In this document: in pieces, positions 19,012 through 29,469 of the stretch
Layout: the number at the start of each line of letters is the position of its first letter
Position numbering within the stretch: the stretch's first letter is position 1
DNA from: Salinivirgaceae bacterium
GTDB lineage: Bacteria; Bacteroidota; Bacteroidia; Bacteroidales; SZUA-534
DNA: 64,000 nt
Assembly: GCA_024405635.1 (NCBI GenBank)
Contig: JAKSOL010000004.1
Span: 32,001 to 96,000, forward strand
Direction: 5' to 3'
The notes under the pieces: model-generated
The model's input: the letters and a program-made list of their open reading frames with translations, nothing else
Told to the model about the DNA's origin: nothing
Databases searched by the model: none
Translations under genes and position numbers: made by a program

Positions 19012-22000
19012 ATGGCACAATACAATATCATAGCAGAGCAAGAAGAATATACTGTAGTCAGTGAGTATGAAGCAGAGTATGGCAGACCAGACAAGTATCA
19101 GTCAGAGGCTATGCTTGAAAAGGACTTCATCAAGGCACTCACAGAACAAGGCTATGAATACCTTCCTATTCATGAGGAAAAAGACCTTGTGGATAACCTC
19201 AGAGTTCAGCTGCAGAAACTGAACAACTACACATTTACTGATGGTGAATGGGAAAGATTTTTCAGAGAGAACCTTGCCAATAAGAATGATGATATTGTAG
19301 CCAAGACCACCAAGATACAAGAGGATTATATCCAAGTCCTAAAATGTGATAGTGGTGAAAGCAAGAACATCTACCTCATAGACAAGAAGAACATCCACAA
19401 CAATTACCTGCAAGTCATCAACCAATATGAAGAAGGTGGTGGTGTCCATGACACAAGATATGATGTCAGCATATTGGTGAATGGTCTGCCATTGGTTCAT
19501 GTGGAACTGAAAAGAAGGGGTGTTCAACTAAAAGAGGCTTTCAACCAGATAAACAGATATCAAAGAGATAGTTTCTGGGCTGGCTGTGGATTGTATGAGT
19601 ATGTGCAGATTTTCATTATCAGCAATGGCACAAACACCAAGTATTACAGCAATACCACCAGAGCCAACCACTTGAAGGAGCAACAGCAAGGTTCGGCAAA
19701 GCTCACCAACCGGAAGAAGACGAGCAACTCATTTGAGTTTTCATCATTCTGGACTGACAGCAACAACAAGGCTATCCTTGACCTCATAGACTTTACCAAG
19801 ACCTTCCTCTGCAAGCATACACTGCTGAATGTGCTGACCAAGTATTGTGTCTTTACAACAGAGAGGATGCTGATGGTGATGAGGCCTTATCAGATAGCAG
19901 CCACAGAAAGAATTATACAGAGGATAAACATAGCCAACAACTATAAGCAGTGGGGTAAGATTGAAGGTGGTGGCTACATTTGGCACACCACTGGCTCTGG
20001 TAAGACATTGACCTCATTCAAGACTGCTCAACTGGCATCAAGACTGGACTACATAGACAAGGTGCTGTTTGTGGTAGATAGAAAAGACCTGGACTACCAG
20101 ACTATGAAGGAGTATAACAGATTTGAGGAAGGTGCTGCTGACAGCAATTCTTCAACATCTGTATTACAGAGGCAGTTGGAGAACAAGGACAAGAATGGGG
20201 CTTACCACAACTATAAGATTATTATTACCACCATACAGAAACTCTCCATCTTTGTGCAGAAGAACAAGGGGCATGAGATTTTCCAGAAAAGGGTTGTCAT
20301 TATCTTTGATGAATGTCATAGAAGCAACTTTGGCGAAATGCATACAGCCATCACCAAGAACTTCAAGAAGTATCATCTGTTTGGTTTTACTGGCACACCT
20401 ATCTTTGCACAGAATGCTCCTTCGACAGGCTCAGGAACCGCCATGAAGACAACACAGCAAGCCTTTGGTGACAAACTGCATACTTACACCATTGTTGATG
20501 CCATAAATGATGAGAATGTCCTTCCATTCAGAATAGACTATGTGAACACATTGAAGCAGAAGGAGGACATCAAGGATAAGCAGATTTCAGCCATTGACAG
20601 AGAAAGGATTATGTCTGCTCCAGAGAGGGTTGAAGAAGTGGTGAAGTATATTCTTGAACACTTTGACCAGAAGACAAAGAGAAGTTCCTACTACTCATTC
20701 AGAACAACACAGAACATTGGTGAAGTGGCAAGTGCTGGTAAGGGCAAGGAAATTAAGGAAAAGAAACTGGCACAGAAGTTGGCTGGTTTCAATGCTATGT
20801 TTGCTGTGGCATCCATCCCAATGGCAAAGGCTTACTACAATGAGTTCAAGAAACAACAAGCCTCACTGCCAGAAGCCCAGAGATTGAAGGTAGCCACTAT
20901 CTATTCCTATGGAGCAAATGAAGAAGAAGTTGATGGTATTTTGGCAGAAGAAAATCCAGAGAGCACAACAAGCCTTGACCAGCAGTCAAGAGATTTCCTT
21001 GAAGGTGCTATCAAGGATTACAACCAGATGTTCAATACCAACTATGACACCAGCAATGACAAGTTCCAGAACTACTACAAGGATTTGTCATTGAGAATGA
21101 AGAACAGACAGGTTGATTTGCTGATTGTGGTGAATATGTTCCTTACTGGCTTTGATGCTACTACACTGAACACTCTGTTTGTAGATAAGAACCTCAAACA
21201 GCATGGATTGATACAAGGTTATAGCAGAACCAACAGAATATTGAACTCCATAAAGACCTTTGGCAATATAGTCTGTTTCCGCAACCTTCAACAAGAAACC
21301 GACGATGCTATCGCTCTCTTTGGCGACAAAGACGCAAGCAGTATAGTCCTTTTAAAAGACTTTAAATCCTACTACAACGGATACGACACCGCGAAGGGCA
21401 AGCACTGCTATGGATATGTCGAATTAGTGGAGCAGCTGAAGCAGGAGTTCCCTGACGGCAGACCCACTATGGGTGAGCAAGAAGAAAGAAGGTTCATCAG
21501 TCTGTTTGGTAGTCTGTTGAAATCTATAAATGTGCTTCAAGCCTTTGACCAGTTTGAAGGAAAGGAACTGCTCACTGATGGTCAGATGCAGGACTATCAG
21601 AGCCATTACCTTGATTTGAGGGATAAGTGGAGAAAGAGAACTCATGCAGACAAGGAGGTTGTGAATGATGACCTTATCTTTGAAACAGAACTCATAAGAC
21701 AAGTAGAAATCAACATTGACTACATCCTCATGTTGGTGAAGCAGTATCATGACAGCAACTGCAAGAACAAGGAACTGCTGGTGAACATCAGCAAGGCAAT
21801 AGGTGCAAGTATGAACCTCAGAAGTAAGAAGGAACTTATTGAAAGTTTTATTGCAACAATCAACAGTGGCGTGGATGTGAATGGAGCGTGGGAGGAATAT
21901 GTGAAGCTTAAAAAGCAAGAGGAACTAAACACCATAATACAAGAAGAGAAGTTGAAGGCGACCGAGACCAAGAAGTTTGTTGAGAACGCCTTCCGCGACG

Positions 22001-22143
22001 GACAACTGCGAACCACAGGAACCGACATAGACAAGATACTGCCTGCAATGTCTCGCTTTGGTGGAGGCGGAGACAGGAGTCAGAAGAAGACGTCTGTTAT
22101 TCAAAGATTGAAGGATTTCTTTGAGAAATACTTTGGACTGTAA
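19012..22143 (+). CDS. hsdR: Type I R-M restriction subunit (EcoR124-like)
   Basis: RYDV..LVNGLPLVHVELK nuclease motif, QINRY, HTTGSGKT, DECH, FTGTP, MFLTGFD; probable ATG 19012. Confidence 0.95.
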   Translation: MAQYNIIAEQEEYTVVSEYEAEYGRPDKYQSEAMLEKDFIKALTEQGYEYLPIHEEKDLVDNLRVQLQKLNNYTFTDGEWERFFRENLANKNDDIVAKTTKIQEDYIQVLKCDSGESKNIYLIDKKNIHNNYLQVINQYEEGGGVHDTRYDVSILVNGLPLVHVELKRRGVQLKEAFNQINRYQRDSFWAGCGLYEYVQIFIISNGTNTKYYSNTTRANHLKEQQQGSAKLTNRKKTSNSFEFSSFWTDSNNKAILDLIDFTKTFLCKHTLLNVLTKYCVFTTERMLMVMRPYQIAATERIIQRINIANNYKQWGKIEGGGYIWHTTGSGKTLTSFKTAQLASRLDYIDKVLFVVDRKDLDYQTMKEYNRFEEGAADSNSSTSVLQRQLENKDKNGAYHNYKIIITTIQKLSIFVQKNKGHEIFQKRVVIIFDECHRSNFGEMHTAITKNFKKYHLFGFTGTPIFAQNAPSTGSGTAMKTTQQAFGDKLHTYTIVDAINDENVLPFRIDYVNTLKQKEDIKDKQISAIDRERIMSAPERVEEVVKYILEHFDQKTKRSSYYSFRTTQNIGEVASAGKGKEIKEKKLAQKLAGFNAMFAVASIPMAKAYYNEFKKQQASLPEAQRLKVATIYSYGANEEEVDGILAEENPESTTSLDQQSRDFLEGAIKDYNQMFNTNYDTSNDKFQNYYKDLSLRMKNRQVDLLIVVNMFLTGFDATTLNTLFVDKNLKQHGLIQGYSRTNRILNSIKTFGNIVCFRNLQQETDDAIALFGDKDASSIVLLKDFKSYYNGYDTAKGKHCYGYVELVEQLKQEFPDGRPTMGEQEERRFISLFGSLLKSINVLQAFDQFEGKELLTDGQMQDYQSHYLDLRDKWRKRTHADKEVVNDDLIFETELIRQVEINIDYILMLVKQYHDSNCKNKELLVNISKAIGASMNLRSKKELIESFIATINSGVDVNGAWEEYVKLKKQEELNTIIQEEKLKATETKKFVENAFRDGQLRTTGTDIDKILPAMSRFGGGGDRSQKKTSVIQRLKDFFEKYFGL

Positions 22144-22229
22144 CCGCAATTTACAAAAGCCGGTAGCAAAATAGCTATCAATGAGGTTATTGAAGCTTGC
22201 TTGTGATTGATAAGCAGCCCGATTTTAGC

Positions 22230-25200
22230 CTATTCTTCTTCGCTCTCAACGCTTGGCGAGTCTTCTTTTTTTGCTTCGGCTTTGCTTTCTTTTTTCTGTT
22301 GGCGGCGGGCAAAAATCTTGCTGCGAAGGTGCTTCAGGTCGTTAAACTCTTCGGTGTAAAGGAAACCTACGCCACGAGTGTAAGGTGCATCGTAAATCAA
22401 GTCGTCGTTCACTTTTTGGAAAGCGCGTAAGCGTAAGTTGCCGGCTTTGTTCACCTTAAGTTCGGCCGAGATGTCGGTGGTGAATTGCGAGTTGTTGTTG
22501 GTAGTGGCGGTGTTGTTTTGCTGTCCGCTCATGCCAAGGTTGCTATTTATTATAAGTCGGTCGTTCCAAAGAGTGGTTGACAAAGCAAGTTCGTATTCTT
22601 CGTTGCTTATGTCGGTTTCGGGACGGTAGGCAAAACCAAGGTCAAAGTCGTTGCTAATTTGGCTAATCCATTTGCTAAGTTGGTTCGATAGCACTTCGCT
22701 GGCGGTGGTGGCGGTTGAGTTGGTACCCGACGAGTTGTTACTGCTTTGTGCTGTGGCGTTTGGCAGAGGCGCAAATTTGTTAAGCACAAGCAGGTAAATA
22801 ATTTGTTGGTTAAGGTTTTCCTCGGGCAGGTTGTTCAGTTGTTCAACAACTTCGTTGTTTGAGGTAGTTGAAGGTACTTCAACCGAGAATTTTATTGAAG
22901 GCGATTCAAGTTTGCCCGTCATTAGTAGGTGGCAGTTTACAGGCACGCGTTTTTCGCGGTCTTCTTCGTCTTTTGTAAGGTCGAAAATGGGCACGCGTCG
23001 CAGTTTGTACACAGCATCAATGTCAACAATGGCGTCGCTAGGTTTGCCGTTCAGAGTAACCGAACTTCCGCTTTGTATGTCGAGTTTTTTGCTAATAACG
23101 TTGCTCATGGTAAAAGTAAAGCTTCCTTTGTCGATAAGGTAAGTGCCGTAAATGTCGTAGTCGTCGTTGGTTGCGCTAATGCTAAGGTCGGCGCTACCGT
23201 TGGCCCAAAGAGCATCGCCAATTTTAGGGTCAAGCACAATTTGAACTTCGGCATCGGGTGTTACTTTTAAGTTTAGGTTTATGTTAACCTTGGTTTTTGG
23301 ACCGCTCAAAATTTCGTCTTCGTTAGTGGCTTTGTGAGCCAGTTCGTCGTCAATGGCATTGTGCGCTACAAATGAGAGGAAGTCGTTTTCGGCAAGGTCA
23401 GATCGGCCCTCAAGTGAAATAACGTATTTTGATTGTGGTAGCGATGTGGCGCCAATGTCGATGGTGATGGTTTGCTGCGATGCACCGTAAATGTTTGCCA
23501 TTCCGCTTGCGTAGATTTTGCCGTAGTGAATGGGCGATTGTGTGCTTTTGGTATCGATACCTATTATTTTGTCAGTAGTAGCTTTTAAGTCGATGTTGAA
23601 TATCGATAGGTTTGAGTGCCAAATGTTACCATTGATTTTAAGAGTGTTACCTTCTTTATCAACTCCAGTGGTGTTGTGGAATTGTATGGTTCGGTCTGAA
23701 AGGTAAACGGTGTCGGTTAACCAATATGGTACGTTGGTTGATGCGAGATGCAGTTTTAGGTTGCTGCTCCATAGTTTGCCGTCCCAATGTAAATCGGGCA
23801 GTTCGCCTGAAAGATGAAGTTGGCCATCGGCTTGGCCGTCGATGTCAGAAAAAATGCCATCGAGGAACATCATCAGGAATGCCATTTCTTGCTTTTGAGC
23901 ATCAACGTCAATGTCAATTTCGGCATTTTGAGGGTTTACGCTGCCGTTGAATTGCGTAAACGACTGCTCGCTGCTTCGAATGTTGCCGTCAACCAGAATA
24001 AGTTTGCGGTCGGTGTCCCAAGCGGTTGAAGCCTCAACGTTGCCAATGTGCGTTTGGTTTATCAATAGAGTATCGACATTGAGATTGCCTTTAATAATGC
24101 GTTGGTTTTTAAGGTCGCGCAACACGGCGTTGGCTGTAAGATTGCCACCAAATTGAGTGCCCAAACTAAGCAGTTGACTGGTTTTGTCGAGATTAATGTT
24201 TCGCAGTTTTATGTCAACGCTATCGGTTGGGTTGGCAGAAATAATTCCGTTCATTTTGAAGAACGACTGTGCATCGCCAATGGCAAGATGATTTACAATT
24301 ATGCTCGAGTCGCGAATGATAATTGTGGCGGGCTCGATAGATTTGGGTTGGTTCATTATAAGGTATTCCGATCGCTCGATGCTGAATACCATTTGCGAGT
24401 CTTGTTTTACAAACGAAGTGATAACGTCGCCGCTGTTGTTAATCATTTGGCGGTTGTCCCAACTTATATTTGTATCGATGCTATCGGCATGAAAGTACGA
24501 GTCGATGCGCAAGTTGCTGGCCAAACCTATGTTGCCGAAAAACAGCGAGTCGGAAGCTAACCGAAGCATAAAGAAACGTTTGTCGTTAAATACTCGCATC
24601 TGCAAGTTTTCGGCCGATACGCCATAAGCATCAACATCAAAAAAGTTGCAAAACACATCAACCTCGCCACTAGCACCATCAAACTCGCCGCTTATGCTCG
24701 ATCCTGATGCTATTTGCAGTTTGGGCATAAACATGTCGGTTATGGGCTGAGGATAGTCGGCCAAAACAGTAAAGTTAAAGTGGCTTGAGGTGTCGGGCGC
24801 AACGCCTTTGTGAGCTATGGTTTTGGGCATAAATCGGTGCCCGTAGTTTACTATTCCGCTTGCAATGTGCGATAGTTTGTATTTTCCGTCAATGGTGGCG
24901 GTTAAGAATTCTGAATTCAGTTTGATGCAACTATTGCTGTCGGCCGACTGAGTTTCGAGTTTAATAGTATCGGTTGCAAAATAGGCGCTATCGGTGTAAT
25001 AGTAAAGGTTTGTAAGTTCAAGCAAGCCGTCGGTATGGTCAATGTCGAGGTTTTGCATATTGGCAGCAAGGTCAAACTGCAAGTTGGCGGCTTTTTTGTT
25101 AGGCGAAAGGCCCAAAGCAAGCAAGTTTGCATTGTAGAGCGATGCCTTAAAGTTAGCCGACGACGAGTCGCCTAAGTTAACTTGACCATTGAAGTCGAAA

Positions 25201-26651
25201 CGCAGGTTTTGGTCAAACGAACTAATGTTGCCCACAAATTCTTTGCCTTTGTATTGCCCGTTAATGCGCATCGAGTCAATAGAGTAGTGGTTGTATTGAA
25301 TGTGGCAAATTGTGCCGTTGACAATTACGTTAGAGCGAAAGTTGTTTGCAATTAAACCTTTGGTAGTAATGTCGATGCGAGCTTTGGCGTTGTTGCCAGC
25401 GTAGGCGTTAAGGTTAATATCGGTTGAGCGTAGGCTGCCATCTATTCTGAGTCCGTTGGTTTTTTTGTCGTTTTGCAGTTGGCTATGCATCAGCAAATTG
25501 CCAATAGCAGTGCTTAGTTTGCCATCGATGCGAATATTGTGAAGCGAACCTTTTGCTTGTCCCACAAAGTTAAACTTGCCAATGGGCGCCAAGTTGGCCG
25601 ACAAGCGAGCGGCGTCGTCTTTTGAGTATTTGTTTATAATTGAAAGAATTTTGTTGGCACTACTGCGCGCTTCGGTAACACTTATGTTAAAGTCCAGGTC
25701 TTGCAGATTGTTAATGTTGTTTAGGTGAAAGTTTGTAGCCAACGATGCCGAGGTGTCAATTGAAATGGCAATGTTGTTTCCTGTGAGTGAGGAACTTGTT
25801 CCGCTAACATCGCCACTTGCTTTTATTATGTCGGTTTGGCCTTCCAAAAAATTGGCAAATGCGGCAAAATCGTTGGGGCAGAAGTATGCTCGGCTCAAAT
25901 TGGCCGAATAGGCAAACTGCTGGTTGTTGCCAAAACTTAATGATGCCAACGGAATGTTAACCCCCGAGTTGTTAAGTTTAAGTCGAAGGTTGTTTATCTT
26001 TATTTCGTTTGACGAGTAAACAAATTCAGCCGAAGCGCGTTTGGCAAAAGGTTGTCCGTTAAGATTAAAACTCAAACTATCTAAACTGGCACTTGCCGAA
26101 AGTTCGCCCCAATGCACGTTGTTAATGCAAAGGTTAAATTGGTCAACCTCGTGGCGCGTTTGGTCCGATTTGTAGTGAACCAAGCCATCTTCAATAATAA
26201 TAGAGTTTACATTGATGTTGAAAGGAAGACGAACCGAGTCGGGCGAAAAGGCAACAGTGTCTTTTTTGTTTTCGGTTAAAAAGGAAAAATTGAATGAACT
26301 ATCGGTTCGCTCAACAAAAAACTCGGGTTCAATTAAAGTAACGCTTCGCAGAATAACAATGCGCTCGTTGAAACTTATGGCGCGCAAACCAGTTGCAAAT
26401 TGGTTTATATGCGCCAAAGTATCGCCATTTGGGCAATGCAGGGTAATGTCGTGAATGGTAAGACCGCGCCTAAGATTAAACCTAAACTTGCCCACAACAA
26501 CTTTGCTGCCCAAGGTTTGACTGGCAAAGGAGGCAATGCTGTTTCCCATTAAGGTTTGCACCGCTGGCGACCGCATTATTGCCCATCCGAGCAACAATGT
26601 CCCCACGCCCACCAGAGCAAAAATGGATAGTATTTTTAGGGCTTTTTTGAT
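22230..26651 (-). CDS. tamB: Translocation and assembly module TamB (AsmA-like)
   Basis: ~1470 aa, N-terminal anchor ..PAVQT, beta-taco-like body, DUF490-like C-terminus; start may be ATC 26651 rather than GTG 26612. Confidence 0.8.
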   Translation of the reverse strand: MKKALKILSIFALVGVGTLLLGWAIMRSPAVQTLMGNSIASFASQTLGSKVVVGKFRFNLRRGLTIHDITLHCPNGDTLAHINQFATGLRAISFNERIVILRSVTLIEPEFFVERTDSSFNFSFLTENKKDTVAFSPDSVRLPFNINVNSIIIEDGLVHYKSDQTRHEVDQFNLCINNVHWGELSASASLDSLSFNLNGQPFAKRASAEFVYSSNEIKINNLRLKLNNSGVNIPLASLSFGNNQQFAYSANLSRAYFCPNDFAAFANFLEGQTDIIKASGDVSGTSSSLTGNNIAISIDTSASLATNFHLNNINNLQDLDFNISVTEARSSANKILSIINKYSKDDAARLSANLAPIGKFNFVGQAKGSLHNIRIDGKLSTAIGNLLMHSQLQNDKKTNGLRIDGSLRSTDINLNAYAGNNAKARIDITTKGLIANNFRSNVIVNGTICHIQYNHYSIDSMRINGQYKGKEFVGNISSFDQNLRFDFNGQVNLGDSSSANFKASLYNANLLALGLSPNKKAANLQFDLAANMQNLDIDHTDGLLELTNLYYYTDSAYFATDTIKLETQSADSNSCIKLNSEFLTATIDGKYKLSHIASGIVNYGHRFMPKTIAHKGVAPDTSSHFNFTVLADYPQPITDMFMPKLQIASGSSISGEFDGASGEVDVFCNFFDVDAYGVSAENLQMRVFNDKRFFMLRLASDSLFFGNIGLASNLRIDSYFHADSIDTNISWDNRQMINNSGDVITSFVKQDSQMVFSIERSEYLIMNQPKSIEPATIIIRDSSIIVNHLAIGDAQSFFKMNGIISANPTDSVDIKLRNINLDKTSQLLSLGTQFGGNLTANAVLRDLKNQRIIKGNLNVDTLLINQTHIGNVEASTAWDTDRKLILVDGNIRSSEQSFTQFNGSVNPQNAEIDIDVDAQKQEMAFLMMFLDGIFSDIDGQADGQLHLSGELPDLHWDGKLWSSNLKLHLASTNVPYWLTDTVYLSDRTIQFHNTTGVDKEGNTLKINGNIWHSNLSIFNIDLKATTDKIIGIDTKSTQSPIHYGKIYASGMANIYGASQQTITIDIGATSLPQSKYVISLEGRSDLAENDFLSFVAHNAIDDELAHKATNEDEILSGPKTKVNINLNLKVTPDAEVQIVLDPKIGDALWANGSADLSISATNDDYDIYGTYLIDKGSFTFTMSNVISKKLDIQSGSSVTLNGKPSDAIVDIDAVYKLRRVPIFDLTKDEEDREKRVPVNCHLLMTGKLESPSIKFSVEVPSTTSNNEVVEQLNNLPEENLNQQIIYLLVLNKFAPLPNATAQSSNNSSGTNSTATTASEVLSNQLSKWISQISNDFDLGFAYRPETDISNEEYELALSTTLWNDRLIINSNLGMSGQQNNTATTNNNSQFTTDISAELKVNKAGNLRLRAFQKVNDDLIYDAPYTRGVGFLYTEEFNDLKHLRSKIFARRQQKKESKAEAKKEDSPSVESEEE

Positions 26652-26728
26652 ATTTTTGCGCGTTTAAGAACAACTGCCAAAATTATTGTTTTTGGCAAAC
26701 ATTAAAAAGCCTTTGCGGCATAGGTTTT

Positions 26729-27748
26729 ATGAGCGTAACAATATTAGGAATTGAGTCGTCGTGCGACGATACATCGGCTGCAATTATTCGCGACGGTGTT
26801 ATTTTATCAAACGTTATTTCGAGTCAAAAAGTTCACGAGCAATATGGCGGTGTGGTGCCCGAATTAGCATCGCGTGCGCATCAGCAAAACATTATTCCAA
26901 CCGTTGATACAGCTATAAAACGCGCTGGAATAACAGCCGAAGACATAAATGCCGTAGCTTTTACTCGTGGACCAGGTTTGCTTGGCTCGTTGTTGGTTGG
27001 AACATCGTTTGCCAAAGGCTTTGCGCTAGGCCGAAACATTCCGCTTATTGAGGTTAATCACCTTCAAGGTCATGTGTTGGCATTGTTTGCTCGTTCGGTT
27101 GAGGACCAACAACCCCTGCCGCAATTTCCGTTTATATGCTTGCTAGTGTCGGGCGGTAACTCGCAACTGCTTGTGGTGCGCGACTATTTAGACATGCAAA
27201 TGATGGGCACAACTATTGACGATGCAGCGGGCGAAGCATTTGACAAGTGCGCCAAGATTATGGAACTGCCTTATCCCGGCGGCCCACTCATCGACAAGAA
27301 CGCAAAACTAGGCAACCCCGATGCTATTAAGTTTGCCAAACCTAACATCGAAGGGTATAACTACAGCTTTAGTGGACTAAAAACCAGCTTTTTATACCAC
27401 TTGCGCGACCAGCTAAAACTTAATCCAAACTACGTGCAAGACAACATGAACGACCTTTGCGCATCGTTGCAAAGCACCATCATAAGCATACTAATGGGCA
27501 AGTTGCATAAGTTGGTAAAAGACACCGGAATACGCCACGTTGGTGTAGCTGGTGGTGTGAGCGCCAATTCGGGTTTGCGCCAAGCTTTGATTGATTATGG
27601 TCAAAAACATAACATTGACATTTACATACCAAAATTTGAATACACAACCGACAATGCAGCCATGGTAGCTGTGGCAGGTTACTATAAATATTTGGGCAAT
27701 CAGTTTACCACTCACGATGTTGCACCACTTGCACGAATGGAAATGTAA
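26729..27748 (+). CDS. tsaD: tRNA N6-threonylcarbamoyladenosine transferase TsaD
   Basis: LGIESSCDDT, GGVVPELASRAH, HLQGH, DDAAGEAFDK, FSGLKT, TDNAAM. Confidence 0.97.
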   Translation: MSVTILGIESSCDDTSAAIIRDGVILSNVISSQKVHEQYGGVVPELASRAHQQNIIPTVDTAIKRAGITAEDINAVAFTRGPGLLGSLLVGTSFAKGFALGRNIPLIEVNHLQGHVLALFARSVEDQQPLPQFPFICLLVSGGNSQLLVVRDYLDMQMMGTTIDDAAGEAFDKCAKIMELPYPGGPLIDKNAKLGNPDAIKFAKPNIEGYNYSFSGLKTSFLYHLRDQLKLNPNYVQDNMNDLCASLQSTIISILMGKLHKLVKDTGIRHVGVAGGVSANSGLRQALIDYGQKHNIDIYIPKFEYTTDNAAMVAVAGYYKYLGNQFTTHDVAPLARMEM

Positions 27749-27780
27749 TTAACTAATTGATAAACATTTAACTTAACAAT

Positions 27781-28638
27781 ATGTCAGAAATAACCAACCT
27801 TCAAGCCATAATAATAGCCATTGTTGAGGGCTTGACCGAGTTTTTGCCAGTGTCGTCAACCGGACACATGATAATAACCCAAGGCATTTTGGGCGTTGAT
27901 AGTACCGAATTTGTAAAAGCATTTACCGTAATTATTCAATTTGGCGCCATTCTGTCGGTTATTTGTTTGTATTGGCAACGTTTTTTTAAGCTCAACAACG
28001 AACCAGTGCCACAAGGCAGCGGTTGGTTAAAAGCGTTATTACACAAGTTCGATTTTTATTGGAAACTGCTAGTTGCGTTTATTCCAGCGGGCGTTATTGG
28101 TTTGGCTTGCAGCGACTACATCGATGCCTTGCTTGAAAGCGTGGGTGTGGTTGCAGTTATGCTTATAATTGGTGGTGTGTTTATGTTGTTTTGCGACCGC
28201 ATTTTCAATCAAGGTTCTGACAATACTGAACTTACTGAGAGTCGTGCATTCAAAATTGGTCTTTTTCAGTGCATTGCAATGATTCCGGGCGTGTCGCGAT
28301 CAATGGCTACTATTGTTGGTGGTATGCAACAAAAGTTGAGCCGTAAAAAGGCTGCCGAATTCTCGTTCTTTTTGGCAGTTCCAACCATGGCTGCAGCTAC
28401 TGGCTACAAACTGCTTAAATTGTTGCTCGCCGATGGTGGCATGCAACTATTGGCCGATAATTTATGGGTGCTTATTATAGGCAATGTGGTAGCATTTGTT
28501 GTAGCACTTGCTGCCATTAAATTCTTTATAGGATTTGTTACAAAATACGGTTTTAAGGCCTTTGGATGGTATCGCATCGTTGCAGGTGCGCTTATTCTTT
28601 TGCTTATGGCTTTGGGCGTAAATCTTACTATTGCTTAA
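27781..28638 (+). CDS. uppP: Undecaprenyl-diphosphate phosphatase
   Basis: EGLTEFLPVSSTGH, PGVSRS, AAEFSFFLAVP. Confidence 0.96.
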   Translation: MSEITNLQAIIIAIVEGLTEFLPVSSTGHMIITQGILGVDSTEFVKAFTVIIQFGAILSVICLYWQRFFKLNNEPVPQGSGWLKALLHKFDFYWKLLVAFIPAGVIGLACSDYIDALLESVGVVAVMLIIGGVFMLFCDRIFNQGSDNTELTESRAFKIGLFQCIAMIPGVSRSMATIVGGMQQKLSRKKAAEFSFFLAVPTMAAATGYKLLKLLLADGGMQLLADNLWVLIIGNVVAFVVALAAIKFFIGFVTKYGFKAFGWYRIVAGALILLLMALGVNLTIA

Positions 28639-28641
28639 CGT

Positions 28642-29439
28642 ATGGAACAATTTTTTAATCAAATAGGTCAATTCAAGAAAAACGCGCAAGGCAAAATCCC
28701 TTCGCTTGCAATTAGCAATGCTTTGTTGCAAAAAATAATCGGTTTGCTTTTCCCCATTTTAATTGAAGACCAAGAAGAAACGTCAGTTGAAAAAAAAGCT
28801 GAAGATGTTAGCGCACTTTTGGCAAAAACACTTGAGCAGCTATCGTATTCGGCAGTTGAGGTTGAGGAAAAAACCCGCGAGTTTATGAGTGCATTGCCAA
28901 GCATATACCAAAACATTTTGCTCGATGCCGAGGCAATTTACATGGGCGACCCTGCAGCCGAGTCGGTTGAAGAAGTGGTGGTTACCTATCCCGGATTTTA
29001 TACCATTATGGTGCATCGCATTGCACATCAACTTTACTTGCAACGCATACCAATTTTGCCACGTTTGTTTTCAGAGCACGCTCATGGCAAAACAGGCATC
29101 GACATTCACCCTGCAGCACAAATAGGCAAATCGTTTTGCATCGACCACGGAACAGGCATTGTGATTGGCGAAACAACCACCATTGGCAACAACGTAAAAC
29201 TATATCAAGGAGTTACACTTGGTGCATTGAGCGTTGACAAAGCCGAGGCAGGAACAAAACGCCACCCATCGATTGAAGATAATGTTACTATTTATGCCGG
29301 AGCAACCATTTTGGGCGGTAAAACTTTGGTTGGGCACAATTCGGTTATTGGCGGCAACGTGTGGCTTACCAGCAGCGTTGAACCATATTCAACAGTATTG
29401 AACCAAAGTGCAGTGTCGGTAAGAAATAAAAAGAAATAA
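28642..29439 (+). CDS. cysE: Serine O-acetyltransferase (CysE/EpsC type)
   Basis: GDPAA, YPG, TGIDIHPAAQIG, IDHGTGIVIGET, KRHP hexapeptide region. Confidence 0.9.
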   Translation: MEQFFNQIGQFKKNAQGKIPSLAISNALLQKIIGLLFPILIEDQEETSVEKKAEDVSALLAKTLEQLSYSAVEVEEKTREFMSALPSIYQNILLDAEAIYMGDPAAESVEEVVVTYPGFYTIMVHRIAHQLYLQRIPILPRLFSEHAHGKTGIDIHPAAQIGKSFCIDHGTGIVIGETTTIGNNVKLYQGVTLGALSVDKAEAGTKRHPSIEDNVTIYAGATILGGKTLVGHNSVIGGNVWLTSSVEPYSTVLNQSAVSVRNKKK

Positions 29440-29469
29440 ACTGCTGACAATAAGTTATCTTCTAGTAAT

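Noticed and set aside
12759-22200. tRNA-Asn-integrated element with attL/attR
   Set aside because: No duplicate of the tRNA 3' end was seen after hsdR and no integrase is present; only adjacency supports it.
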